NCBI GenBank assembly: GCA_001873435.1
Contig: MNZB01000003.1
Coordinates: 6,427 to 70,426, forward strand
Reading direction: 5' to 3'
Origin: Candidatus Pacebacteria bacterium CG2_30_36_39
GTDB lineage: Bacteria; Patescibacteriota; Microgenomatia; UBA1400; PJMF01
Length of the DNA stretch: 64,000 nt
The position numbers and the translations under genes were made by a program. Under the pieces are notes generated by a model. The model was given only the letters and a program-made list of their open reading frames with translations. It did not search any database and was not told the origin of the DNA. Positions within the stretch are counted from its first letter, which is position 1. Each line of letters opens with the position of its first letter. Positions 9,557 to 18,489 of this stretch are shown piece by piece.

Positions 9557-10276
9557 TTGAGAGGAATTGATATGGAAGAAAACACTGCAAAAAGCAAATT
9601 TAATCTCAAGACTATCTTGAGGATTGTTGTAGTTTTGGGTCTTATGGGTTTTGCTGGCTGGTCATTTTTTCAATATCAAAAAGCTCAGGATAAAGTCACT
9701 GAACTTTCCAATCCAGATGCTCAAAAACAGGTAGCTGTTAAAGAAAAAGAGGAAATTTTAGCCAAAGTTGCTAAATTAATGGTTCTTCCAGAGGGTGAAG
9801 ATCCAACCGTAGCTACTGTGACTGACGCTGAAGTCCTATCTCAATATCAACCATTTTTTCGCAACGCTACTAACGGAGATAAAGTCATTCTTTATGTTCA
9901 ATCTGGCAAAAGCATCATTTATTCACCAGAGAAAAACATCATTGTTAATGTAGGAACAATTTCTGTCCAAGGAAATAATAATCAAAAACTAGACACACAA
10001 AACAAACTCAAGGTAGAAATTAGAGCTGGAGGAGCAAGTCAAGAAAGATTAACTACTTTAGTTGAACAATTGGGCCAGGTGGTTGAGATAGTAAATGTTA
10101 TTCCAGCTGTTCATGCAAATTATCAGGGTCCCACAATTGTTGCGATTACAAAAGATGAAGCCCGCTTACAACAAGCAAAGATTTTTGCATCTAACTTAGG
10201 AGTAAAGCTTTCAACTGAAATGCCAGCTGATGAGGCTCCATCCAATGCTGAGGTAGTAGTAATTGTTGGAAACTAA
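9557..10276 (+). CDS. Membrane-anchored protein with a C-terminal LytR_C-like domain.
   Basis: N-terminal TM helix. The C-terminal ~90 aa (LKVEIRAGGASQERLTTLVEQLGQVVEIVNV...AEVVVIVGN) follow the LytR_C pattern. Confidence 0.4.
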   Translation: MRGIDMEENTAKSKFNLKTILRIVVVLGLMGFAGWSFFQYQKAQDKVTELSNPDAQKQVAVKEKEEILAKVAKLMVLPEGEDPTVATVTDAEVLSQYQPFFRNATNGDKVILYVQSGKSIIYSPEKNIIVNVGTISVQGNNNQKLDTQNKLKVEIRAGGASQERLTTLVEQLGQVVEIVNVIPAVHANYQGPTIVAITKDEARLQQAKIFASNLGVKLSTEMPADEAPSNAEVVVIVGN

Positions 10277-10279
10277 GAT

Positions 10280-10645
10280 ATGGTTGATAAACTCCCTCTA
10301 CCCATTCGTGAAAGAGCAGCAACGCTTACTAGTGTCAAAGATTTATTGATGCTAGGAGAAGAGATTAATCAACTTCATGATTCATCCGATCATGCAGAAT
10401 TATTTGCAATGTATATGAAAGCCAGAGAAGCTGGTAATCGAGAGCGGGAAAAAGAACTAGAGATAGAACTAAGTACTTTGCTCAAGGGTATTACTGGAGA
10501 TTTGGATGCTGTTCATGCAAGAATTATCGAGCTAGTGCCAGACGTTGAGACTTTTGTTAGAGAAGCAAATAAGATTGGCGACGAAAAGCTTCATGCAAAA
10601 TTTACTTGGATGTGGCCTAGAATCATCAATTTACCAGTTAAATAA
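10280..10645 (+). CDS. Hypothetical protein (121 aa).
   Basis: Starts 4 nt after the upstream gene (operonic). No recognisable motif. Confidence 0.4.
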   Translation: MVDKLPLPIRERAATLTSVKDLLMLGEEINQLHDSSDHAELFAMYMKAREAGNREREKELEIELSTLLKGITGDLDAVHARIIELVPDVETFVREANKIGDEKLHAKFTWMWPRIINLPVK

Positions 10646-10653
10646 TTAAAAAA

Positions 10654-10947
10654 CTAACTACTTTTACCGTTAACCTTATCTCTTAAGGTTGATATTCTTT
10701 TTTCTACTAACTTCCCAGCTTGTTTTAAATATCCTTGCATAGGATTTTTTGTAGTCACCGCTGCTCGGTTTATTTGTTGATGTTTTTCAGTTAATTGATT
10801 AATTTGTTGTTTGGTTTGTAACTGCTCATTTTTCTTCACCAATTGATGCTGAGCAGTTAGGCGCTGCAATGGGGTTTGATAAGCCTTTTTTGTGCCAGAA
10901 GAAGCACTGTGGGCATTAATAATATTGTGATGTGGTATGGTTGCCAT
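10654..10947 (-). CDS. Hypothetical Q/K-rich small protein.
   Basis: 97-aa ORF immediately downstream of tRNA-Pro on the same strand. Confidence 0.3.
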   Translation of the reverse strand: MATIPHHNIINAHSASSGTKKAYQTPLQRLTAQHQLVKKNEQLQTKQQINQLTEKHQQINRAAVTTKNPMQGYLKQAGKLVEKRISTLRDKVNGKSS

Positions 10948-10983
10948 GGTTTAAGATATAGCTAATTAATAAAGTGGTTGCTA

Positions 10984-11058
10984 TGGTCGGGGAGGAGGGA
11001 GTTGAACCCTCTACCACTCGGTTCCGAACCGAGTATTCTACCGATGAACCACTCCCCG
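10984..11058 (-). tRNA. tRNA-Pro (anticodon CGG), with CCA encoded.
   Basis: Manual cloverleaf: 7-bp acceptor CGGGGAG/CTCCCCG, anticodon stem CTCGG/CCGAG with loop TTCGGAA, T-arm GAGGG-TTCAACT-CCCTC, discriminator A, then CCA. Confidence 0.8.
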
Positions 11059-11064
11059 AAGGAT

Positions 11065-12435
11065 TTATTTTAACTCTACAGCATAAAGATTCATCGGAGA
11101 ATCTGGGCTAAAGGAAGTTAAAATTAAGATTTTGCTGCCATCGGGCCATGGGTAGACAAAACTTTCTTCAAAAGGTCCTGAATAAACTACGGTATTATTT
11201 GTACCATCATATTCCATAATGTGAATTTGCTGGTCTTTGGCAAAAAGCACATGTTTTGAGTCTGGGAACCATTGCAGAGTATTGATTGCTAGAGAGGTGT
11301 GATAAGCCTGGAACAGCTTAGCTGTTTCAGCTGAGTTGGTTGCTTGTAAGGTTGTAAAAGCGCTAGGAGAAGTTTCAAGCGATTTAGCTGGGCCAAATAA
11401 GTCGGTAGAAAGTAGGAATTTAGAAACAGTTGATGGAGATCCAGATTCTACTCCAATTTGAAAGTTTCTATCTTCTTCACTGTCATAGACATAAATACCA
11501 CCAGGAACAAGATTGCGTTGTTCTTCTTGGGTGCTGCTGGAAGGAACTGGAGATATAATATCAGCAGGCAGAGTCGTTGCTATTGTTGCGGTATAGAGCA
11601 TGCGTTTTTTGTCTGGTGATAAATAAACATTTTTTGCTGATGAAGTTGCAATCTCAATCATTTCATCTGGATATTTTTTCAAAAACTCACGTTCTTTCTG
11701 ATAAATTTCTGATTCCCATTCTGCTAGGATTTGTTTTTGTTTCCAGGAGATATCGGTTTGGGCATCTAAGTCAATTCTTGCTCCAACCTCAATTAAAATT
11801 TCTTTACCATCGGTGCCAATCATTAACTCAGTGCTGTCTGGAGACCAAATGTAACTAGCTTCTTTAAGATTTAAAGCCTTTACATCTTCAGCAATTTGTT
11901 TTGGGGTTTTTTGTAAGGGAATAAAGTTGTTAGAAAGCTCAAGAAGATATAGACCATTTTTGTCTTTTGTTTGAGCTGTATTGGTATAAAAAACTACCTT
12001 TTGACCATCTGGAGAAGTACTCAAAATTGTAACTCCAGTTAGGGTGAGAGGGGAGAAGCTTGGTGCTGTAGGAAATAATTGGGCATTTGTTTGAGTAACC
12101 AATTCAGATCTAATTGCCAATTGTTTTTTCCAAGGAGAATAGCCTTCTTTACGGATTTCAACACTATAGTCTCCTGGCTTTAAATAGAGGGTATTATCAG
12201 TGGCTGTTAATAGTTCTCCATCAATATAAACTTCTGCTCCGCTAGGGAATGAGTTTGCATTTAAAAGACCAGTTTCTGGAGCAAATCCTTTTTGAGTAAA
12301 GCGATAATTGCCTTTGGCGTATTGAATTGCAATGCTAGTTCCCAAGAGAATAACAACGGCAGAAATTAAAGTATATAAAACCCCGAGGTTGACATTGTTA
12401 AAAAGTTTTTTGGGAGCAATGGAGTGAGGAGGCAT
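11065..12435 (-). CDS. Membrane-anchored PEGA-domain protein with TolB-like beta-propeller repeats.
   Basis: TM helix, a PEGA-like segment (GAEVYIDGELL...YSVEIRKEGYSPW) and repeated WSPD/SPD propeller-like motifs. The ORF could start at 12567, but that would overlap the divergent mreB-like start. The internal Met at 12435 (MPPHS) was chosen instead. Confidence 0.45.
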   Translation of the reverse strand: MPPHSIAPKKLFNNVNLGVLYTLISAVVILLGTSIAIQYAKGNYRFTQKGFAPETGLLNANSFPSGAEVYIDGELLTATDNTLYLKPGDYSVEIRKEGYSPWKKQLAIRSELVTQTNAQLFPTAPSFSPLTLTGVTILSTSPDGQKVVFYTNTAQTKDKNGLYLLELSNNFIPLQKTPKQIAEDVKALNLKEASYIWSPDSTELMIGTDGKEILIEVGARIDLDAQTDISWKQKQILAEWESEIYQKEREFLKKYPDEMIEIATSSAKNVYLSPDKKRMLYTATIATTLPADIISPVPSSSTQEEQRNLVPGGIYVYDSEEDRNFQIGVESGSPSTVSKFLLSTDLFGPAKSLETSPSAFTTLQATNSAETAKLFQAYHTSLAINTLQWFPDSKHVLFAKDQQIHIMEYDGTNNTVVYSGPFEESFVYPWPDGSKILILTSFSPDSPMNLYAVELK

Positions 12436-12484
12436 AATATTTTGATTGTTCTTATAATCAATAGACGGTATTATAACAGGAGCT

Positions 12485-13510
12485 ATGCTGCGATATCTGG
12501 ACAAATTAAGTGCAACTCTAGCCATTGATCTTGGAACCGAAACAGTTAGAGTTTGGGAAAAAGGCAAAGGTTTAATTGGCGAATACCCAAGTTATTTAGC
12601 TATTGATACCCAATCAAAAAGAATTCTCGCTCATGGAAAAGATGCTTACGATATGCGAGGAAGAGTGGCTGCTAACGTTACTTTATTAAGACCTTTTCAA
12701 AAAGCTCAACTATGGGATCGCAAAGTAGCTCAGGCATTTCTAAAAGTTGTTTTAAGAGATGCTTTAAAAAAGAGTCTTTTAAGTCCAACAATATTATTTA
12801 GTATTCCAGCAAGTTTAAAACCAGCTATTGAAGCAGAAACAGTAGAAATGGGTTATTCATTGGGAGCTAGAGAGGTTTTTACTGTTGTTCAGCCACTAGC
12901 TGCGGCTATTGGAGCTGGTATGCCAGTAGCTGATTCATCTGGGGGATTTATTATGCAGTTGGGAGCTGGTATTTATGAGGCTGGCGTAATTTCTCTTGGC
13001 ACTTTGGTTACCAGTGAACATTCATTTGAAGCTGGTGATGATTTTGAACAAGCCATGCAAAACTTTTTACAACAAAAATATCAGGTCACGATTAGTCATG
13101 AAACAGCAAAAATGTTGATTCATAAACTGGCAACTTTGCATGATGGACATCCTGGATCAGTGCTAATAACTGGTAAAGACGAAAAAACTACTGCTCCCAA
13201 AGAATTGCAGATTAATACAGAACATGTCCGTGATTTCATTGAGGAAAGAGCTCAGGTTATGGTGCAATTAGTCAAGAAATTGCTTAGTAAGGTTCCGGCA
13301 GAACTAACTGGAGATGTGGTTGATAAAGGTTTGTTGCTTGCTGGTGGTGGTGCTTTATTAACTGGTCTTGATAGCTATTTAGTACCGAAACTTGGTATTC
13401 CAGTTTCAATAGTTGATGATCCTGAGAGGGCGGTAGTGCGTGGAATGGGTACAATTCTTGATCATCTTGATGAATTTAAACGAAGTTTGGGCTATCGAGG
13501 TGAACAATAA
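12485..13510 (+). CDS. mreB: MreB-like actin-family protein (divergent).
   Basis: Phosphate-1 motif AIDLGTETVRV and adenosine motif LLLAGGGALLTGL are conserved. The C-terminal PVSIVDDPERAVVRGMG matches MreB. The phosphate-2 motif is altered (QLGAGIYEAG instead of DIGGGTT). Confidence 0.6.
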   Translation: MLRYLDKLSATLAIDLGTETVRVWEKGKGLIGEYPSYLAIDTQSKRILAHGKDAYDMRGRVAANVTLLRPFQKAQLWDRKVAQAFLKVVLRDALKKSLLSPTILFSIPASLKPAIEAETVEMGYSLGAREVFTVVQPLAAAIGAGMPVADSSGGFIMQLGAGIYEAGVISLGTLVTSEHSFEAGDDFEQAMQNFLQQKYQVTISHETAKMLIHKLATLHDGHPGSVLITGKDEKTTAPKELQINTEHVRDFIEERAQVMVQLVKKLLSKVPAELTGDVVDKGLLLAGGGALLTGLDSYLVPKLGIPVSIVDDPERAVVRGMGTILDHLDEFKRSLGYRGEQ

Positions 13511-13579
13511 AAGCCTGGCGGCTATTTACAAAAGATAAGATTTTTGAGAGTCTAGAGTTAGTTAAAGAAAGGCAATTTT

Positions 13580-13915
13580 ATGAATGACGAGATGAACACC
13601 AAACCAACTATGGAAAGTTTTGCAAGAGGATTGCAATTGGCAGTAACTGCAAAAGATGAAAATCCAGTTGAAAGAAAGCCTGGTGATGAAACCCCAATAA
13701 CTGTTACCGATATTACAGCTGAAGTTGATGGTGCATCAGCTGAACAATTGCAAAAATGGGCAGAAGAAATTAATGCAGCAGCTATGGCAAAGAATGTATC
13801 ACCTAAGGTTGTCTTAGCAGATGCTTTGGGTTTAGCCAGAGGCTTTGATAGCACTCCAGTTAGTGCTACAACCCTTAGAGCAGACAAACTGCCAGAACCA
13901 GTTGAACAAACTTAG
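13580..13915 (+). CDS. Hypothetical acidic small protein.
   Basis: 111 aa with an SD-like aaagaaagg upstream. It is preferred over the antisense ORF 13558-13887. Confidence 0.35.
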   Translation: MNDEMNTKPTMESFARGLQLAVTAKDENPVERKPGDETPITVTDITAEVDGASAEQLQKWAEEINAAAMAKNVSPKVVLADALGLARGFDSTPVSATTLRADKLPEPVEQT

Positions 13916-13935
13916 TTATAAATATTGGAAGGAAA

Positions 13936-14232
13936 GTGTTTATGGAAAATGGTGTATCAGGAGCTAAATTATTGGCTTTGCTAGAAGAACACGCAAAAGA
14001 AGTAGAAGTTTCTGGCGAGAAAAAAGGTGGCGACATTGGTCCAGAGGCTTTGGAGATTGTTTTATCTGACGCAGAAGAATTGGGTCCAGAAAAATTGCAG
14101 AGAATGGCAGATCTAATTAATTCAATGGCTAGAAAAGATGGTATGGCTGGTCAGCCATATTTAATGATGATTTTAAGATCAATTCAGCCAAAGGAAAAAA
14201 AGGTAGAAGAGCCCTACGACCCTTTTGCTTAA
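13936..14232 (+). CDS. Hypothetical acidic small protein.
   Basis: 98 aa with a good SD (ggaaggaaag). Confidence 0.35.
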   Translation: MFMENGVSGAKLLALLEEHAKEVEVSGEKKGGDIGPEALEIVLSDAEELGPEKLQRMADLINSMARKDGMAGQPYLMMILRSIQPKEKKVEEPYDPFA

Positions 14233-14236
14233 AAAT

Positions 14237-15694
14237 TTATAGCACAAGGTTTTTTACTGCTTCTTTAAATTGTTCACCTCTATCTTGGTAATCTTTAAAC
14301 ATACCAAAACTAGCGCTAGCTGGGCTAAGTATTATGGTGCCCTTATTTGTTGGTTGTTTTTGTAGATATTTTTCCATCAAGTACTGAGCTTTTCCTACAG
14401 CTTCTATCATGGATTCGGCAAACTCAATTTTTACTAATTCTTCTGATATTTCTTCTTCATTCAACAGTGGCTCTAGTTTTTTAAGTTCCATTTCCAATCT
14501 TTTACCGGTTGGTTGAAAAAGTATTAACCCAACCACATTTTTGTCTAAAATTGTTTTTGCCAATTCAACAAAATCTTGCTGTCTTTCATAGCCACCGGCA
14601 ATTAATACCACTGGTCCATTAAAACTTTCCAAGGCTTTAATGGCGGCATCTGGCATAGTTGAAAGCGAGTCGTCAAAATAGGAGGTATTCTTTCTTTCAA
14701 GCACAAATTCTAGGCGATGAGGAAGTGACTTAAAACTTTCCAAACTATTTCTAATTTGTTCAGCAGAAAGATTAAAGATAGTTCCTACAATAATTGCTGG
14801 CATAGCATTTAGAACATTGTGCTCGCCACGTAACGGTAGTTTATTAATGGGTAAAATCTCTTCGGTTCTTTGCAACTGATCCTTGCGTAAAATAATGCCA
14901 TTGCGAACGAAAACAACAGCGTCAGGGCCTTCTGTGGTGGAAAAACGCAGATGTTTGCCAGCACTAAGTTGGGCAATCATTGACGAACCTTTAAATTCTG
15001 GATTAAAAATTACAAAATCATTAGCTGATTGAAATTGAGTGATTGGCATTTTTGCTTGTTGGTAACTAGTGGTATCAGCATAATAATCCAGGTGCTCACT
15101 AGTGACGTTTTGCACTACTGCAATATGTGGGCTAATAGTCAAAGTTTCTAATTGGTGACTCGATAGTTCGCAAACCACTAAAGAATCTGAGTTTATTTCT
15201 GGTAAAAGATCTAAAGCTGGTTGGCCAATATTACCGACTAGTTGTGTATTTAAATCATTTGTTTGTAAAACATGATGGATGAGTGCTGAGGTGGTACTTT
15301 TACCTTTGGTGCCAGTGATGCCGATAGTTATTCCTGAGCATAATTCAAAAAAAAGTTGTAGATGAGAAGTAAGTTTACCCCCACTTCTAATAGCTTCGGC
15401 AATTTCTGGAGTAGTTTGAGGTATACCAGGACTCTTAAAAATTAATTTATAAGCACTAAGTTTTGATAAATGATCTGGACCAAAGTGAAGTGATAAATTT
15501 TTGTCATTATTTAATATTTCTTGTTGTTGAGCAGAGAATTTTTCTAATGGTTTGCGATCAGCTAGTCCTAGTTGTAAGTTTGGAAATTTTTTTCTTAAAA
15601 AAAGATAGGTTGACCAACCTTCGCGACCCATTCCAAGGATTATTGTTGGAGTAGTTTCTATTACTTTGAGAAGGCTAGAATCTTTGGTGTTCAT
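14237..15694 (-). CDS. murD: UDP-N-acetylmuramoyl-L-alanine--glutamate ligase (MurD family).
   Basis: Mur ligase ATP-binding loop GITGTKGKSTTSALIHHVL with N-terminal MurD-like Rossmann region. It is translationally coupled to the upstream ORF by an ATGA overlap. Confidence 0.75.
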   Translation of the reverse strand: MNTKDSSLLKVIETTPTIILGMGREGWSTYLFLRKKFPNLQLGLADRKPLEKFSAQQQEILNNDKNLSLHFGPDHLSKLSAYKLIFKSPGIPQTTPEIAEAIRSGGKLTSHLQLFFELCSGITIGITGTKGKSTTSALIHHVLQTNDLNTQLVGNIGQPALDLLPEINSDSLVVCELSSHQLETLTISPHIAVVQNVTSEHLDYYADTTSYQQAKMPITQFQSANDFVIFNPEFKGSSMIAQLSAGKHLRFSTTEGPDAVVFVRNGIILRKDQLQRTEEILPINKLPLRGEHNVLNAMPAIIVGTIFNLSAEQIRNSLESFKSLPHRLEFVLERKNTSYFDDSLSTMPDAAIKALESFNGPVVLIAGGYERQQDFVELAKTILDKNVVGLILFQPTGKRLEMELKKLEPLLNEEEISEELVKIEFAESMIEAVGKAQYLMEKYLQKQPTNKGTIILSPASASFGMFKDYQDRGEQFKEAVKNLVL

Positions 15695-17130
15695 GTTAAA
15701 TCCTTACTATCTTCACAGAGTTGTTGGGCTGCAGTTTGGATAATTTTAGTTAATTTTTCATTTAGGTTATGTTGATTATTCCAGAAGCATAGTAGTTGTT
15801 TGGCAGTTTTTTCTAAGTCAGGTATATTTTGTAGGTTATCTTTCCAAACTTTATCTAGAACTATTGGCAATTTTTGGTTTGGGTGGAGTTTTTGGAATTT
15901 TTTAATGCTCAAGAAGAAAGCAGCCTGAGTTTCTTCATGGGTACCAACACACTCAAAAGGTTTATTTGCATCACGTCCCATTAGAGCATTGGCTTCTTTT
16001 ACCATGCTTTCTTTTGCAAATAAATTTTCTGGGAAGATTGGTCCTATTAGTTCTTGTTCAGTTAAAAAAGGGTAGAGAACGGTGAAAACAAAAAGACATT
16101 TTGGACATTCACAGCACCAAATATTTTGTTGTTGTCCTCGATTGCAGCTACGAAAAGTAGCGTGAAATTGTTTTGCTTGGGCAAATAATCCGGCGATTTG
16201 TAATTCTGTTAATGGTCTCAAGATAGAAAGGTATTCAGGGTTATTGTTTTCTGGCTTATTTATAAATTCAGAGACATATTTTCTAAATTTATTTTCAAAA
16301 TCAAAAGTTTTGGAGTATTGATGATTAACGATTGTGCCTTTATATGGCACATTACCTTCATTGGCGGAGAATTCATTGGCAACCAAAATTTGGTTATGAC
16401 CAGCTAAGAAAGCTAATAGACTAGATTCAAAAGCCAATCTGGCGCTAAAGGGAGTATGGCCATTGAGATAACCAGCTTTGTTTAGAGCAAATAACTGGGG
16501 ATCAAAAATTCTTTCAATGGTAAAAACTTTTTTAGCTAGGCTTTTACTTGCCAAGTTTTGTGCTGCTGGTGATTGGGGGAAGCTGAGGAGAATGTCGTAA
16601 GTTAATCCTGCTTCATCTAGCAGGTTGAGTAGTAAGCCTGAATCTTTGCCTCCGCCCACAGGAATCAAATATGAGGAAGAGTTTGTTTCCTTGGGAAGAA
16701 GCTCTTTTTTATCAGGAATATTTTTGATTTCCGTTTTGTTTATAAATTTTACAAAATTTGTTGGTCTAAAGTCGATTTGATTGGTGTAAAAAAACTCTCC
16801 CATGCTATCGATTAAAACTTCTTGCCACCAAGAGCATTGATCTGGATTTAGTTCTCCAGCTTGGATGATTATTTCTGGTGAAGCTGCTGTTTTCCAATAG
16901 CTGAAAAGCTCGATTAAGCCAAGGTGAAAGATCCAATTTTCTAGTTGTTGGAGATCGATTTGTGCAAGTTGTTTTTGAGTGAGAGGTGAAAAAATGATTT
17001 TTGGTTGAAAGACTATGTCTGGTTCCAAGAGAAAATCAAAAACAACCCTCAATGAGTCATCTTCAATTTTCCAGTTATAACCTCGGTAAACAAAGCGAGG
17101 GTGTTTTTTTCTCAAGGCAGCAACTGTCAT
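15691..17130 (-). CDS. PP-loop (adenine-nucleotide alpha-hydrolase-like) protein with a Cys cluster; a candidate MurL-type ATP-dependent epimerase.
   Basis: SGGxDS-like PP-loop (PVGGGKDSGLLLNLL) and a QueC-like Cys cluster (SCNRG...WCCECPKC). It has a 4-nt overlap with murD. The MurL assignment is inference. Confidence 0.45.
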   Translation of the reverse strand: MTVAALRKKHPRFVYRGYNWKIEDDSLRVVFDFLLEPDIVFQPKIIFSPLTQKQLAQIDLQQLENWIFHLGLIELFSYWKTAASPEIIIQAGELNPDQCSWWQEVLIDSMGEFFYTNQIDFRPTNFVKFINKTEIKNIPDKKELLPKETNSSSYLIPVGGGKDSGLLLNLLDEAGLTYDILLSFPQSPAAQNLASKSLAKKVFTIERIFDPQLFALNKAGYLNGHTPFSARLAFESSLLAFLAGHNQILVANEFSANEGNVPYKGTIVNHQYSKTFDFENKFRKYVSEFINKPENNNPEYLSILRPLTELQIAGLFAQAKQFHATFRSCNRGQQQNIWCCECPKCLFVFTVLYPFLTEQELIGPIFPENLFAKESMVKEANALMGRDANKPFECVGTHEETQAAFFLSIKKFQKLHPNQKLPIVLDKVWKDNLQNIPDLEKTAKQLLCFWNNQHNLNEKLTKIIQTAAQQLCEDSKDLT

Positions 17131-17209
17131 AATTCCATTATACCCAAGATCTATTAAATAGTCTGTTGGTATGAAGGAAGTTATTTCGTTTAAAAACTAG
17201 GTTTTTATG

Positions 17210-17382
17210 TTCGGGTGAGGTTGTTTTGAGCATATATATTTTACCAAATAGAAAAAATGATAAATATTTCTATTAAACACGAGTAAATATTTACTCTTAA
17301 AGTTAAAAAAGGAAAATTTTTTATTAATCAAATAATTAGCATTTGTTTTAATTTCGGGTCAATGATTTTCGGGTGAGGTTGT
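17210..17382. repeat. Two exact copies of TTCGGGTGAGGTTGT (17210-17224 and 17368-17382), plus a third TTTCGGGT at 17353, in a divergent promoter region.
   Basis: Direct reading of the intergenic sequence between the PP-loop/murD operon and the tagA-like gene. Confidence 0.6.
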
Positions 17383-17493
17383 GGTGCTAAAAAAAATAAC
17401 GAATAAAAGACGAAGTATGAAAAAGTATGAACTTTCAACAAAGTTGTGGATTGGGAAAACTCATTGGAGTTGATACAATAGGTATAAGAGGGT

Positions 17494-18342
17494 ATGAGTT
17501 TTCGGACTCTCTTCAGTTTCAAAAAGTTTAAAATGAGTCAACAAAAACCAAAAAAGACAGATGAAACAGTCCTTTTACTAGGTAGAAGCCTTTTTAGCAA
17601 TGATATTGATAGTCTGCTAAATACCATCAAGCAAAAAATTATAAGGCCTAAAGAAACTCTGGTGGTCTATACTCCAAATCCTGAGCAAATAGTTTTGGCT
17701 CAAAAAGATAATAAATTTTCTCAAGTATTAAATAAAGGTGATATTTTAATTCCAGATGGAGTTGGAGTTGTGCTTGCTAGCAAAATTCTTAGTCTATGGC
17801 ATAACAAACCAGCGGTAAAAACAAGAATAGCTGGCGTTGATCTGGTGAAAAAGCTCTTGGGTTTAGCTGGAGAAAATAACTGGAAGGTTTTATTACTAGG
17901 TGGTAAGGGTTATGACAAAGGTTTGCATCATGTCTGGAATAGTGGAATTGCAAAAGAAACCAAGCTTTCATTAATCTGGGAGTCTGGCTATGAAGATATC
18001 TCTCAGCCATCCAAAGAAGAAGAGAGTGATATCCAGTCACTAATAAAGAAAACTAAACCAGATGTGGTTTTTGTGGCTTTTGGCGCTCCCTGGCAGGAAT
18101 TGTGGTTGGATGAGCATCGTGAGTTACTTAGTAATTCAGGTGTTAAATTGGGGATGGCTGTTGGTGGTTCTTTTGATATGTTATTTGGCAAAATTAAACG
18201 CGCTCCATTATTTATGCGGGCCATGGGTTTGGAATGGTTGTATAGATTAATTCAAGAGCCGTGGCGTTGGCGTCGTCAGTTGCAACTATTTGTTTTTATG
18301 GGTTTGGTTTTACGTGAAATTATTAAGCCAAAAACCAAATAG
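17494..18342 (+). CDS. WecB/TagA/CpsF-family glycosyltransferase (N-acetylmannosaminyltransferase-like).
   Basis: Family-typical segments VVYTPNPEQIVLA, ILIPDGVGVV and FVAFGAPWQELW. Confidence 0.7.
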   Translation: MSFRTLFSFKKFKMSQQKPKKTDETVLLLGRSLFSNDIDSLLNTIKQKIIRPKETLVVYTPNPEQIVLAQKDNKFSQVLNKGDILIPDGVGVVLASKILSLWHNKPAVKTRIAGVDLVKKLLGLAGENNWKVLLLGGKGYDKGLHHVWNSGIAKETKLSLIWESGYEDISQPSKEEESDIQSLIKKTKPDVVFVAFGAPWQELWLDEHRELLSNSGVKLGMAVGGSFDMLFGKIKRAPLFMRAMGLEWLYRLIQEPWRWRRQLQLFVFMGLVLREIIKPKTK

Positions 18343-18438
18343 GTGATTATATTTTTTATCGATAAATGATCTATTGCTATATATTAAAGTAGATTGCTTT
18401 ATATTAATGTATAGTCAAAGTCATGATATTTTCCAAAT

Positions 18439-18462
18439 AAAAACCCCGCCTTGCGACGGGGT
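18439..18462. terminator. Intrinsic terminator serving the minus-strand HTH gene.
   Basis: ccccg/cgggg stem with an A-run on the plus strand, giving a T-run on the minus strand. Confidence 0.5.
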
Positions 18463-18489
18463 ATATTTATATTTTAAATTGTGAAAAAG

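Noticed and set aside
12436-12567. An 83-nt overlap of divergent gene starts (PEGA/beta-propeller ORF start at 12567 versus mreB-like start at 12485).
   Set aside because: It is more parsimonious that the minus-strand gene starts at the internal Met at 12435, just before its TM helix. The overlap is then an artefact of the longest-ORF convention.
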